Shown here piece by piece: positions 38,355-48,909 of a DNA stretch of 64,000 bases. The DNA comes from Parcubacteria group bacterium (GTDB lineage: Bacteria; Patescibacteriota; Minisyncoccia; UBA10092). The notes below the pieces were generated by a model. It did not search any database. It was given only the letters and a program-made list of their open reading frames with translations, and had not been told where the DNA came from. The DNA lies in assembly GCA_016186325.1 (NCBI GenBank), contig JACPLW010000005.1, forward strand, positions 17,191 to 81,190. Direction: 5' to 3'. The stretch's first letter is position 1. Each line of letters starts with the position of its first letter. The position numbers and the translations under genes are program-made.

Positions 38355-39926
38355 TTATGTCTTCTGTTCTTCGGCAGCGCTTACCACCAGAATAAGTTCG
38401 TTAAATCCTATCACTCCTTCCAGAACTTTTCTAATGCCGTCTTGAAACATCGTTATCATCCCCTGCCTTTTGGCTTCGGCCGTAATTTTTGATTCGGTAG
38501 GTCCCGAAATAATAATCTCTTCAAGGCTTGGCGTCATTTCCAAAAGTTCAAATACGGCAATCCGCCCTCTGGTTCCTTTGTGGCCGCACTTAGAACAGCC
38601 CTCCGCTTTATAAATCTTTACTTCTTCCCTTTTTATTTTCAGCCGTGATTCTTCCGGCATAGAATCAATGGCGTTTAAAATCACTTTTTTTATCGGTTCG
38701 GGCGCTTCAACTTCTTTTTTACAATCCGGACAAAGCCTTTTCACTAACCTTTGGGCCAAGGCCACATTTAGCGCCGAAGGTATAAGATATGGTTCAACGC
38801 TCATATTTATAAGGCGCGGAATGACACCGACGGCGTCATTGGTATGAAGTGTTGATAAAACGAGATGCCCGGTCAAAGCCGCTTGGGTTGCCAAACCGGC
38901 GGTTTCGGCGTCACGAATTTCGCCGACCACAATAATATTTGGATCCTGCCGCAAAATCTGCCGAAGGCCATTAGCGAAAGTGTATTCCAGTTCCGGCCTT
39001 ATTTGCGACTGATTAACACCCTCAATGTAATATTCCACCGGATCTTCCAAGCTTACGATGTTTACCGATTCGGAATTTAAAATCTGCAATATGCCGTAAA
39101 TAGTAGTAGATTTTCCGGAACCGGTCGGGCCAGTCATTAAAATCATTCCGAATGGTTTCCTAATACCTCTCTCAATAACCTCAAGGTTGCGGCCGACAAT
39201 GCCGAGTTCCGAAAGGGTCCGGAGTCCGATGGTCGGATCCAAAATCCTCATCGTAACTTTTTCGCCGCGGGCAGTAGGCAATACCGCAACACGAAGATCT
39301 ACTTCTCTTTCATCGGCCATTGTCGTAAAACGGCCATCCTGCGGCCGCCGCGTTTCGTCAATTTTCAAGTTGGAAAGAATTTTTACGCGGGCAACGATTG
39401 CCGGCGCAATTTCAACCGGTAATATCACAACGGTTTGAAGAACGCCATCAAGCCTGAAGCGAACCCGAAGTTTTTTCATCAATGGCTCAATGTGGATATC
39501 GGATGCTTTTGATTCAATGCCATGCCTTAAGATTGTCTCCACCATTCGGATTATCGGCGCTTCTTCAACCTTATCGGTTTTCAACACTGTTTCAGGCAGT
39601 TTAATTCTTTCTTCGGCCAATTCTTTTCTTAAGCCTTCCAGAGCTTCGCCCACTTCTTCTTTTAAACCGGCGTATTGTTTTATCAACTGAGACCAATCGT
39701 CTTCACTAATCTTAAAAACTCTGGCCACCAGGCCATTCCGAGATGCTAAAAAATTAAGCGCCTCTTGCGCTTTGACATCGCCGGTATCAACCAAGCCTAC
39801 ATCCAGCACATTCTCCGAAAGAGCCAGGGGGATCATTTTGTAGTACTGAGCCGCTTCTTCAGGAATTAAAACCAAAACATCCGGCGATATTTTTTGTTCC
39901 TTATCGATTTTTATCTTTTCCGCCAC
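38355..39926 (-). CDS. pilB: Type IV pilus assembly (extension) ATPase PilB/GspE
   Basis: N-terminal GspE-N domain; Walker A GPTGSGKSTT; tetra-Cys zinc finger (CPDC...CSKC). Confidence 0.85.
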   Translation of the reverse strand: MAEKIKIDKEQKISPDVLVLIPEEAAQYYKMIPLALSENVLDVGLVDTGDVKAQEALNFLASRNGLVARVFKISEDDWSQLIKQYAGLKEEVGEALEGLRKELAEERIKLPETVLKTDKVEEAPIIRMVETILRHGIESKASDIHIEPLMKKLRVRFRLDGVLQTVVILPVEIAPAIVARVKILSNLKIDETRRPQDGRFTTMADEREVDLRVAVLPTARGEKVTMRILDPTIGLRTLSELGIVGRNLEVIERGIRKPFGMILMTGPTGSGKSTTIYGILQILNSESVNIVSLEDPVEYYIEGVNQSQIRPELEYTFANGLRQILRQDPNIIVVGEIRDAETAGLATQAALTGHLVLSTLHTNDAVGVIPRLINMSVEPYLIPSALNVALAQRLVKRLCPDCKKEVEAPEPIKKVILNAIDSMPEESRLKIKREEVKIYKAEGCSKCGHKGTRGRIAVFELLEMTPSLEEIIISGPTESKITAEAKRQGMITMFQDGIRKVLEGVIGFNELILVVSAAEEQKT

Positions 39927-39937
39927 GTTTATAATTT

Positions 39938-40282
39938 TTAATATGGAACAAACGGATTGACTCGTCCAAGCGAGTCGGCAATTATCGGAAGTCCTCCGTA
40001 AATTTTCAGCGATTTATAAAAATCGCCGTCAAAAACATCAAAACGAAATCCCGGTAATTCGCCAACTTTTAATTCAAGAGGATTTAAAACCGGCGCCGGC
40101 GAAATAATCGGGGTTTTCAAAGACAGGCCGACTCCTTTATAAAAGAAAAAATAAGCGCCGGCTCCTAAAACCAAAATGGCAAATAACCCAATTAAATAAG
40201 ACAGGTAAGATTTATTGGAAGATGCCGGAGGTTTGAAAGCTCCAAAAGTACCTGATGACATTGTGCTGGGGATATTAACCAT
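39938..40282 (-). CDS. Small membrane protein, pilus-associated (PilP-like?)
   Basis: One TM segment; operon context only. Confidence 0.3.
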   Translation of the reverse strand: MVNIPSTMSSGTFGAFKPPASSNKSYLSYLIGLFAILVLGAGAYFFFYKGVGLSLKTPIISPAPVLNPLELKVGELPGFRFDVFDGDFYKSLKIYGGLPIIADSLGRVNPFVPY

Positions 40283-40284
40283 AA

Positions 40285-40863
40285 TTATTGATAGTAAGTG
40301 CTTATTATTAAATTAAATTCCAAGTTATCGGTCCGGGCACCGATTTGACCCGGTCCCACTCCAACAAAAGAAATGCCGACAACATCAAAAATTCTTAAAC
40401 TCTTTTCCATAGCCTTGAGATAATTCTGAAAATCAAAATACGATCCTTTAATTTTTACTTCCATCACCAATGTCTTGATATTTTCGCTTTTAAAATCTTC
40501 TGGTTTAAAATTAACTCCCAAAAATTCCATGCCGGTTTCCGAAGCCAGGGCTTCAAGGTTTATGAGAAGCTCCGGGATATTTTGGCCCGCCGGAATGGCT
40601 TTATTAAAAGAAGCGATATCGGCGCTCCGTTCATTATATTGACCAATCAATCGCTCTAAATTTGCCGTAAGTTTTTTTCTTTCGGCCAGGTTTTCTTCAT
40701 TCTGTTTTTTTACTTCAAGCGCGGCATTGATATGGCCGTAGAGCGGCATTAAAACCCAAAAGCCTATTGCCAGGGCAACAAGAATTAAGACCAATGGAAA
40801 AATCAAATATCTAAAAATGTTGATGTTCATGCCGTTTTTATCTAATAAATATTTTTGGATCAA
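40285..40863 (-). CDS. PilO-like pilus assembly protein
   Basis: N-terminal TM segment plus coiled coil; gene order pilM-N-O. Confidence 0.4.
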   Translation of the reverse strand: MIQKYLLDKNGMNINIFRYLIFPLVLILVALAIGFWVLMPLYGHINAALEVKKQNEENLAERKKLTANLERLIGQYNERSADIASFNKAIPAGQNIPELLINLEALASETGMEFLGVNFKPEDFKSENIKTLVMEVKIKGSYFDFQNYLKAMEKSLRIFDVVGISFVGVGPGQIGARTDNLEFNLIISTYYQ

Positions 40864-41362
40864 GCAACATTACCAATTCAAAGTCCAAACCGCTTGTTCC
40901 AAAATTAATGCCTTTCACTTCCAAATTTTTGACGTTTTCGTTTTCGCGCAAGGCCACCATTTGTTTGGCTAGAGCAGTATAGTTTTGCGCCGAACCCTTA
41001 AGTTGCATAGCGCTTTTTTCGCGATCAACATCAAATTTAGTGAAAACTACTTTTGAATAAGTAAGCGAACCGATAAGTTCCATCATCTTAGAAAGATAAC
41101 TATGATTTGCCACAAGGCCGCTAAAAGCGGTAAGCGAATCGGCTAAGTTTGCTATTGTCATTTCGTCGCCCTTGCTGACTTTTGCCGCCTCAACTTTTAT
41201 TTGATTGTTGATGTTGACTATATCCGTCTCAATCCCGGACAAATAAACCCTAAAAAATATGAACGCGGAAATAGTCAAGAAAAAAAATACCAAAGAAACC
41301 CTAAGCGGCCACCGCCAGGTTATTGTATAACTTTTTGATTTTTGTGTTGCCAGTTCTACCAT
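40838..41362 (-). CDS. PilN-like pilus assembly protein
   Basis: N-terminal TM segment plus periplasmic coiled coil, immediately after pilM. Confidence 0.4.
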   Translation of the reverse strand: MVELATQKSKSYTITWRWPLRVSLVFFFLTISAFIFFRVYLSGIETDIVNINNQIKVEAAKVSKGDEMTIANLADSLTAFSGLVANHSYLSKMMELIGSLTYSKVVFTKFDVDREKSAMQLKGSAQNYTALAKQMVALRENENVKNLEVKGINFGTSGLDFELVMLLDPKIFIR

Positions 41363-41365
41363 ATT

Positions 41366-42445
41366 TTATTGAAGAGATCTTAGCGCCAAACCAGCTGCTA
41401 CCGTAAATTCATGTCCTATTTCATCAATTATCGGCTTAAAATTTGGGGGATAAGCTATTCGGCTGAAAGGATCGCCGGCCGCAACATCAATTTTCAATTG
41501 GCCCTCAAAGTATTCCGCAAGGCCGGGCATTTTAGCGGCGCCGCCGTAAATAATCAATCTCTCAATTTTTTTCTTGGTTTTTGTAAAATAAATTTCAATA
41601 ATATTTTTAATGGCAAGGGCAACCGTATCAAGAAGCGGGATGAGCACCGCGGCTATTTGAGCATTATTGTCTAAAGTTTTCAATCCATTTTCCTTTTTTA
41701 TTTCTTCGGCCCGGCGCCAGCTTACGTTGAGATTATTTGAGAGAACCCTCGTCAAATCTTCGCCGGAAGTTTCGATGGAATGGCTTATTCTTAGAAATCC
41801 GCCATCAACAATGCTTATAGTGGTATCGCGAGAGCCCATATCGACTAAAACCGTCGGAGTCGGATCATTTCCCATTAAAGCCCGGACAGCCGAAATGGTC
41901 TCAAGTTCAACCGCTAAAAGCTTCAAATTGGTTTCTCCGGCAACTGAAGCGTATTCATTTATCAGTTCTCTCGGAATAGCCACAAGAAGAATGAGTATTT
42001 TCCCGCTGCCATTTGAACCAATCAAAGACCAGTCAATAGCAACGCTGTCAAGCGATACCGGAATATACTTTTTGGCCTCAAACTGAACCGCGCTCTTAAT
42101 TTCCGCTTCGGACATTTGCGGCAATTCCATTACCGTAAGAAAACTTGAAAAAATCGGCATCGACATATTGATTTCCTTTGCGGTTATTCCGCTTTCTTTA
42201 AGGAGCCGCCTTAGCATCAAAACAGCCTCGCCGCCAAAAATTTTTTGAGTTTTTTGCGTTGGCGGACCTTGAACCGAATTTGTCGCCGAGAGCGAGTAAT
42301 TTTCCAAAATCCCGTAATTTTGGAGCTTGGGCCGGCCATTCTCAATTGAAAGTTCAATTATTTTTATTGATAAGGTACCGATATCAACACCTAAATAGTT
42401 TTTCGGCCCTAACTCAAAACCAAACAATTTAAAAGGTGGTGCCAT
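41366..42445 (-). CDS. pilM: Type IV pilus assembly protein PilM (actin-like ATPase fold)
   Basis: LGVDIGTLSIKIIEL N-terminal actin-fold motif; about 360 aa; first gene of the locus. Confidence 0.7.
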   Translation of the reverse strand: MAPPFKLFGFELGPKNYLGVDIGTLSIKIIELSIENGRPKLQNYGILENYSLSATNSVQGPPTQKTQKIFGGEAVLMLRRLLKESGITAKEINMSMPIFSSFLTVMELPQMSEAEIKSAVQFEAKKYIPVSLDSVAIDWSLIGSNGSGKILILLVAIPRELINEYASVAGETNLKLLAVELETISAVRALMGNDPTPTVLVDMGSRDTTISIVDGGFLRISHSIETSGEDLTRVLSNNLNVSWRRAEEIKKENGLKTLDNNAQIAAVLIPLLDTVALAIKNIIEIYFTKTKKKIERLIIYGGAAKMPGLAEYFEGQLKIDVAAGDPFSRIAYPPNFKPIIDEIGHEFTVAAGLALRSLQ

Positions 42446-42548
42446 AAGAGGGGTTTACAAACTGAATGTTTAATTCTATTATATCATAAAAAATGAAACT
42501 CAAAGTAAATATACTTATCCACATTCTAAAAAATTTAGGAATAATGAA

Positions 42549-44882
42549 ATGAATCTCTCGCCATCATTCAAAAACAGGTTAACGTCGCGGGCGGAAAATG
42601 TCCTAAAATTCGCTGAAAATTTGGCTAATAGCAGCTCAAATTTTGAGCAGAAAAAAGCCAGGCTTTCAGTCGGACATCTTTTAGAAGCAATTTTTACGAT
42701 TCGCGGCAGTTTAGCTTACAATATTTTACAAAATCACAATCTTAAATTGAGTGATTTTTCTTTCCCTTCAAGAAATGACTTGCCACTAAAAATGGCCCTA
42801 AAAAGCGCCCTGGAAGAAGCGATGAAATATAATTACAGCCATATTGGTACCGAGCACTTGCTTTGGGGGGCTTTAAAAGAAATGAGGGACTGTGTTAAAA
42901 CAGAGAGACTTCAAATGGTGGTAAACACCGAAAACCACCTAAAAGAAATTTTTTCGGTTTCAGGAAGAACAAGTAATTTAAAAAACGCGGATCTTCCAAA
43001 ATCTAGGACATACGGCCAGAACATTTTTGACAAACTGATTATTGACGCTTATAAAAACTTGGTAAATCTGCCCGACGTTTTGAATAACGACCATGCAAAA
43101 GAACCGTCATCGGCTCTAGAAACTTTCGGCACGGAACTGGTTGAAGCGGCAAAAAAAGGAACAATTGATCCGACGATCGGCCGGGAAAAAGAAATCAAAA
43201 GAATCGTAACCATAATGAGCCGGCACAACAAAAATAACCCGATGCTTATCGGAGAACCGGGCGTCGGGAAAACTGCTTTAGTTTACGGCTTGGCTCAAAA
43301 AATCGCGACTTCTGACGTGCCGCCATTTTTATTAAAAAAAAGTATTTATCAGCTTGATCTCGGGGCCATTGTCGCCGGCACTACTTTCAGGGGCGAATTT
43401 GAAGCCAGAATAAAAGACATTCTCTACGAGGCCGAAGAAAAGAATGCCGTTATTTTTATTGACGAGTTTCATACTGTAATCGGCGCCGGCGCCGCCCAAG
43501 GTTCGCTTGATGTCGCCAATATAATCAAACCCCTGCTGTCTATGCGTAAAATCCAAATCATCGGCGCCACTACCATAGGCGAATGGCGAAAACACATTGA
43601 AAAAGATGCCGCTCTTGAAAGACGTTTTCAGCCGATAACAATAGATGAACCAACAGAAACCCAAACAGAAGAAATCCTTTTAGGGCTTCTTCCTGTCTTA
43701 GAAAAACATCACAATTTAAAAATTACGCCCGAAGCCATAAAATCCGCAGTGGTTTTGGCAACAAGATATTTAAACGAAAGGTTTTTGCCCGACAAGGCAA
43801 TCGACCTTCTTGATGAAGCCGCCGCTCTAAAATCGCTGGAAAATAACCTGCCGGCTGTTTTAAAAGGCAACGATGTCGCTAGGGCGCTGAATATCATCAC
43901 GGGAATCCCGATTAAAAACCTAGCCGGCCCAAAAAACGACTTAACGGCGACGCCCGACTTGACTAAAATCGAAAAGAAACTGGGCCAAAAAATCATCGGG
44001 CAAAAAGAAGGGGTAAGAATAATCGCGGAAACCCTAAGGCGCGCCAATGCCGGCTTAAATAACAAAGAAAGGCCGCTCGGATCATTCCTCTTCATCGGCC
44101 CGACCGGAGTTGGCAAAACCGAATTAGCTAAAATTTTACATCAAGAAATCTCGCCCTCAACTCAAATAATCAAATTTGACATGTCCGAATTTTTGGAAGC
44201 CCATTCAATCGCCAAGCTTATCGGATCGCCGCCGGGTTACATCGGCTATGAAGAGCCGGGCAATCTCACGGAAAAAATAAGAAGAAATCCTTACGCCGTA
44301 GTTCTTTTTGACGAAATTGAAAAGGCTCATCCTCAAATTGCCAATATTTTGCTCCAGATTATTGAAGAAGGAAATTTAACCGATAATCACGGTCGCCTAA
44401 CCAGCTTTAAAAATGCCATTATAATATTGACATCCAATCTCGGGTCAAAAGAATTCAGCCGCGAAGCCAAGCGATTCGGCTTTATTTCAAATCACAAAAA
44501 ATCTTTGCGCGATAAGTATAGCGAAATAAAAGAAGCCGGCTTGAAAGCGCTGCGCCGGCATTTTGTTCCAGAACTATTATCGCGCCTTGACGAAATTATT
44601 GTTTTTAATCCTTTAGGGCCAAGCGAGGTGAGAAAAATCGCCATGCTGGAAATGAAAAAAATGACCGAAGAAGCTCCCGATTATAAGATCACTGTAAAAA
44701 ACGGCGTTTTTGACTTTATAATTACTAAAGCCGGATTCCACCAAAACGGCGCCAGAGAAATAAAGCGCTTGATAAATAAAACGATTGCCAATCCTCTGGC
44801 AGAATTTCTTCTTAATAAAAAAAATCATGGCAGAAAAAACCTGGACATTAACGTCAAAAATAACAAAGTTGTTATTTCATGA
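42549..44882 (+). CDS. Clp/Hsp100 AAA+ chaperone ATPase (ClpC/ClpA-like, two AAA modules)
   Basis: Clp N-domain repeats; Walker A1 GEPGVGKTA and Walker A2 GPTGVGKTE; no long ClpB-type middle domain. Confidence 0.8.
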   Translation: MNLSPSFKNRLTSRAENVLKFAENLANSSSNFEQKKARLSVGHLLEAIFTIRGSLAYNILQNHNLKLSDFSFPSRNDLPLKMALKSALEEAMKYNYSHIGTEHLLWGALKEMRDCVKTERLQMVVNTENHLKEIFSVSGRTSNLKNADLPKSRTYGQNIFDKLIIDAYKNLVNLPDVLNNDHAKEPSSALETFGTELVEAAKKGTIDPTIGREKEIKRIVTIMSRHNKNNPMLIGEPGVGKTALVYGLAQKIATSDVPPFLLKKSIYQLDLGAIVAGTTFRGEFEARIKDILYEAEEKNAVIFIDEFHTVIGAGAAQGSLDVANIIKPLLSMRKIQIIGATTIGEWRKHIEKDAALERRFQPITIDEPTETQTEEILLGLLPVLEKHHNLKITPEAIKSAVVLATRYLNERFLPDKAIDLLDEAAALKSLENNLPAVLKGNDVARALNIITGIPIKNLAGPKNDLTATPDLTKIEKKLGQKIIGQKEGVRIIAETLRRANAGLNNKERPLGSFLFIGPTGVGKTELAKILHQEISPSTQIIKFDMSEFLEAHSIAKLIGSPPGYIGYEEPGNLTEKIRRNPYAVVLFDEIEKAHPQIANILLQIIEEGNLTDNHGRLTSFKNAIIILTSNLGSKEFSREAKRFGFISNHKKSLRDKYSEIKEAGLKALRRHFVPELLSRLDEIIVFNPLGPSEVRKIAMLEMKKMTEEAPDYKITVKNGVFDFIITKAGFHQNGAREIKRLINKTIANPLAEFLLNKKNHGRKNLDINVKNNKVVIS

Positions 44883-45682
44883 ACTTGAAAAATCTTCTGC
44901 TTGATCTGATTTTCCCTCGCCATTGCCTTGGTTGTAGAGTTGAACTCACGTCAAAACAGGCCTCGCTTATTTGCGCGGCCTGTTTTGACAAAATCATTTT
45001 AAATTCCGCCCTAAAATGCCACATATGCGGCTTAAGAATCGGCCGAATGGAGGTACACAAAAACTGCCGGAAAAAAACGAATATAAAAACTATATTTTCG
45101 GCCGGCCATTATAGCGATCCGATTTTAAGAGAAGCAATCCATGTTTTTAAATACCGCTCTATAGAATCTCTTAAAGAAATTCTGGCGGAATTAATGGTTA
45201 AATACATTAAAAAAGAGCGTCTTCTAAGCGAGTTCACCGATTCGATTTTGGTGCCGATTCCACTTACTCTAAGACGAAGAGTGATCCGCGGCTTTAACCA
45301 AAGCGAACTTCTGGCTAACGAGCTCTCAAAATTCCTTAACTGTCCGGTTGTGAACATGCTAACGCGAAAAAAATTTACGGCGCCGCAAGCCGACATTTCG
45401 GATTGGCAAAAAAGAAAAGAAAATGTTTCCGGCGCTTTTGCCTTATCCCCCCGCCCAGATTTTTCTGGGCGAGGCTCGCCCACTTTGTGGGCGGCATCTT
45501 ATCCACCCGCCAAAGGCGAGGCTCGCCCCGCTGCTGCGGGGCGGCAAAACTATCGATGTCCGACATCAATAATTTTAGTTGACGATGTTTCAACCTCCGG
45601 CGCCACTTTGGAAGAAGCAGCGTTGATCTTGAAAAAAGCCGGAGTAAAAGAAATTTACGGGTTAGTCGTCGCTAGGGGCTAG
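44879..45682 (+). CDS. comF: Competence protein ComF (phosphoribosyltransferase domain) carrying a ~100-nt GC-rich in-frame insertion
   Basis: N-terminal Cys4 (CLGC...CAAC); C-terminal PRTase motif IILVDDVSTSGAT. About 30 extra GC-encoded residues (SPRPDFSGRGSPTLWAASYPPAKGEARPAAAGRQ) sit between the GAF and ILVDDV motifs. Confidence 0.75.
   Translation: MNLKNLLLDLIFPRHCLGCRVELTSKQASLICAACFDKIILNSALKCHICGLRIGRMEVHKNCRKKTNIKTIFSAGHYSDPILREAIHVFKYRSIESLKEILAELMVKYIKKERLLSEFTDSILVPIPLTLRRRVIRGFNQSELLANELSKFLNCPVVNMLTRKKFTAPQADISDWQKRKENVSGAFALSPRPDFSGRGSPTLWAASYPPAKGEARPAAAGRQNYRCPTSIILVDDVSTSGATLEEAALILKKAGVKEIYGLVVARG
45446..45546. repeat. Composite ~100-nt GC-rich multi-hairpin element in-frame in comF
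   Basis: gcccagatttttctgggc; gggcgaggctcgccc (twice); ccccgctgctgcgggg. About 75% GC against a roughly 35% GC background. Confidence 0.6.
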
Positions 45683-46983
45683 CGCGGAATGATTTCTCTA
45701 AACTCCGGCAAAGCTAACGGAGAAATGGTAATTACCACTGATTTGGGAATTGAACCTCCTGGACCGGTGCAGGTCAAAGTGTAAGTAACGCTTGGCGGCG
45801 GCGAAGGTATCACCGTTTGACCAACAGAGTTATTCAAAGCCTTGGGGCCATTCCAATCGCTTTGAGTTGGATTACTTGAAGCGTTACAAGAAGTGGTATA
45901 AGTAGAATCCCACTTTAAAATTGAGCTTTGGCCTTGAAAAATGGAAGTTGGATTGGCCGAAAAATTAAGAGTTGGCGGACAACTGGGAGTATCAACATTC
46001 AAAGAATTCGATCGCCTAGTCCCGGCACTATTGTAGGCCTCAATCTGATAAAGATAGGAAGTATTTTGGCTGACGGTTGTGTCGGTAAAATTCAAAGCGA
46101 TATAGGGCTGATAAGGAGAAATGTCAACGCGAGCAGAGCCTCTTAAAATTCTATAGGCATCTGCTCCGCTTGAAGCAGTCCAAGTTAACCCCACAGAATT
46201 GCAAGCGATACTGCCTTGGCTTAGATTAAAACTTCCAGGTATCGAAATATAACCGGCCGTGACCGTTTTATTAGCGGTCATGGTCACATTGCATGTGCGG
46301 TTTCCACTCCCGCTGACGCTGTTGCATCCTGACCAGCTTGAAAAGTCGGCGGAGCCTTTGGTAGCGGGAGCAGTAAGAGAAAGACTGGTGCCATCTGTTA
46401 CAGTTTTGGTGTAGTTGGTCGTACCGCCATAAGTCGAGGGTGAACCGGTAATAGCAACGCTTGAAGCTCCGGAGGAGTTAACCGAGAGGGTGTAGTTGGC
46501 TGGAGCACAATTCGGAGTGATAAAAGATCGATTAGAGATTACACTGCTTCCATCGCGTAAAGCATATATGTAAGTAGTATTCGAATCTAAAGGATCCAGG
46601 GTTACGCTTCCACTTGCGGGAAGCGTAAACCAATCCCATCCCGCAGAATTATACATTCCAGACGGAGTATAAACTATCGAATCGCACCAGTAATTTTTGC
46701 ATACATCAAGATTTACTGCATGATTAGAATTAGAATTAGTCCAGCTGATTGTAGCCCGCGCGGTCTCGCCCACGCATGTAGGAGAGGATGCCGAAGAAGA
46801 TAAGCAGGCCGGAACCGATACACCGGCCCTGGTTTCCTGGGTCCACTGGGGAGAATCTGGGACGGCGGATAATTTTACGGCAGAAAAATTCGCCGATACC
46901 AAAACGTCGGCGGCAATAAATAGCCCGCCCAAAATTATAGCCGCTGAAATAATTATTTTTTTAGAAAAAAATGTGTTTGCCAC
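45679..46983 (-). CDS. Secreted Ser/Thr-rich surface protein (hypothetical)
   Basis: N-terminal signal/TM segment; S/T/N-rich repeats; no catalytic motif. Confidence 0.35.
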   Translation of the reverse strand: MANTFFSKKIIISAAIILGGLFIAADVLVSANFSAVKLSAVPDSPQWTQETRAGVSVPACLSSSASSPTCVGETARATISWTNSNSNHAVNLDVCKNYWCDSIVYTPSGMYNSAGWDWFTLPASGSVTLDPLDSNTTYIYALRDGSSVISNRSFITPNCAPANYTLSVNSSGASSVAITGSPSTYGGTTNYTKTVTDGTSLSLTAPATKGSADFSSWSGCNSVSGSGNRTCNVTMTANKTVTAGYISIPGSFNLSQGSIACNSVGLTWTASSGADAYRILRGSARVDISPYQPYIALNFTDTTVSQNTSYLYQIEAYNSAGTRRSNSLNVDTPSCPPTLNFSANPTSIFQGQSSILKWDSTYTTSCNASSNPTQSDWNGPKALNNSVGQTVIPSPPPSVTYTLTCTGPGGSIPKSVVITISPLALPEFREIIPR

Positions 46984-47038
46984 TGATTAGAGTATACCAA
47001 AATATTTATTAAAAAACCCTAACCGTTATCCACAATCG

Positions 47039-47851
47039 TTAATTATTGGCGCGACCAAGATTCTCATTTATTGCTTTTATGAAATCCGAAAGCCCTTCAT
47101 TGGCGCTTTCCGGATTATTTCCTGGATATGCGCGGCGCCATTCTTCAGAAGTAAGATCTTGCGCCAATTCTTTGGCTTTTTTAAAAGATTCCGCGGCAAC
47201 AGATTTTTTTTTAAGGTTTAATTGCGCCACGCCTAAGGCATTCCAGAGCCAGGGATTGTTTTCTCCCTCCAGTATTTCTTTTAACGCCATACTGACTATT
47301 TTTTCCGCTTCCATATATTTGCCTTGTTTTGACAAAACCCATGCCAAATCGTTATATCCGGCCCATTCACTTGGCGCCCACCTGGTGAATCGCCCAAAAT
47401 CTTCTCCAGCTTTTTCCAGGTCGCCCGCCTGATTTCTATACCCATAAATCAATCCCCGCACGTAAAGTGAGCGTAAATTTTCCGGATTAGCTGCCAGTTC
47501 TCTATTTATTTCTTCAAGCGCCCCGTTGTAGTCGCCTTTTACAAAAATAATCCGTGCCAGCTGATAGTGCCCCCAAAGAATTTTTGGATTTGCTGCGACC
47601 GCTTTTTCAAAAGCGATTTGGGCTTTTTTTAAATTGTATTCGCCTTGCCAAAGCGTGGCGCCAAAATAATAATTTCCTAAAAGCAGGGCAAAATCCGCGT
47701 CTTTACTTACCAGCCAGAGCGCGGCGTTCGGTTTGCCGTATTTTTGCCAGGCAATTTTTGCCAGGGCGTCCCGCGACAGCGCAAACCCCAAAAACGCAAT
47801 GACTCCTATTGAAAACCATAAGGGCCACTTATTAATTTTTAGGTTAATCAT
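47039..47851 (-). CDS. Membrane-anchored TPR-repeat protein
   Basis: N-terminal TM segment, then repeated 34-residue TPR-like units (W-LG-Y-A-F-A-P patterns). Confidence 0.5.
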   Translation of the reverse strand: MINLKINKWPLWFSIGVIAFLGFALSRDALAKIAWQKYGKPNAALWLVSKDADFALLLGNYYFGATLWQGEYNLKKAQIAFEKAVAANPKILWGHYQLARIIFVKGDYNGALEEINRELAANPENLRSLYVRGLIYGYRNQAGDLEKAGEDFGRFTRWAPSEWAGYNDLAWVLSKQGKYMEAEKIVSMALKEILEGENNPWLWNALGVAQLNLKKKSVAAESFKKAKELAQDLTSEEWRRAYPGNNPESANEGLSDFIKAINENLGRANN

Positions 47852-48909
47852 TCCAGTTTCAAAAGCTCAATCGTGAATTGCTCGCGATATCGAACCACAA
47901 AAATATTTTTCTCCGCGAATTTTTCGGTAAAGCTTAGATATTCCTCAAGATACTTTTTGGCGTTAATTTCATCGCCTTCCGCCAAATAAGAAAGAGCTAA
48001 AACCTGGGGACAAAAAGAATCAACGTAAGAATCGCCGGCAGGATCCGCTTTTTCGGCAACCGCGATCGCTTTACTATGATTTTCGCCGGCAGCATAAGCC
48101 GCCGAGAGAAAGCAATCCAAACCGCCGGCTTTTTTTATCTCGCCTTCGGCCAGAGTAAATTTTTTCTGACGGCCGTAATCCAAAGCCAAGAGCGAGTGAG
48201 CGATTCTGACTTCTAAAGATTGATCCGATAAATCCTTGTTTTCTACAACAAGCGCCGCATATTTTGAGGCGCTCGCGTAATCGCCTTTATATGAATAAAG
48301 GCGGGCTAAGAGCGTATGCACGCGAAACAGATTTCGCCCGTTAATATCGCTGGAACTGACAGCCGACGGTTCAATGGCGGGCAATAAAATATCCAGAGCT
48401 TCCTGCGGTTTGTTGGAACGACTAAAATAATCCAATGCCACAAAATACCGCGCCGCAAAAGCTCTCATTGGATTTAATTCAATGTATTTTAAAAATAAAG
48501 GCACCGATTTTTCATATTGTTTCAGCATGTAATAAGAAAAACCGGCATCATTGAGTGCTATTAAAGATATGTCCTTATTCTTACGCTCCAGACCGGAAGC
48601 AATCGCTTTTTCAAAATGAACTGCGGCGCCGGAATAGTCGGCACCGGGATAAAGTAAATCTATTCCCGGCGTCTCGGTTATTTTTCCCAGCGCAATTTTC
48701 CCTAAATAAAAATGCGACTCGGAATTTCTTGGATTGAATTTCAAAGACGCGTCCAAAAGCGGCTTTGCTTTAATAAAATCGCCTTTTAAAAACTCCGTTG
48801 CTCCTTGTTTTAAATAATACGCGCTTAGAAGCTGCGTACCGGCCAAAAAAATAAAAAGACCGGCTAAAACGACGATGCCCAGTCCAATCCATAAATTTTT
48901 TTTATTCAT
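47848..48909 (-). CDS. Membrane-anchored TPR-repeat protein
   Basis: N-terminal TM segment and multiple TPR-like repeats. Confidence 0.5.
   Translation of the reverse strand: MNKKNLWIGLGIVVLAGLFIFLAGTQLLSAYYLKQGATEFLKGDFIKAKPLLDASLKFNPRNSESHFYLGKIALGKITETPGIDLLYPGADYSGAAVHFEKAIASGLERKNKDISLIALNDAGFSYYMLKQYEKSVPLFLKYIELNPMRAFAARYFVALDYFSRSNKPQEALDILLPAIEPSAVSSSDINGRNLFRVHTLLARLYSYKGDYASASKYAALVVENKDLSDQSLEVRIAHSLLALDYGRQKKFTLAEGEIKKAGGLDCFLSAAYAAGENHSKAIAVAEKADPAGDSYVDSFCPQVLALSYLAEGDEINAKKYLEEYLSFTEKFAEKNIFVVRYREQFTIELLKLE

Noticed and set aside
39300-39350. GC-rich palindrome GCGGCCGC (NotI site) in pilB
   Set aside because: It encodes the conserved ETRRPQDGRF motif of GspE-family ATPases. 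It is normal coding sequence, not an inserted element.
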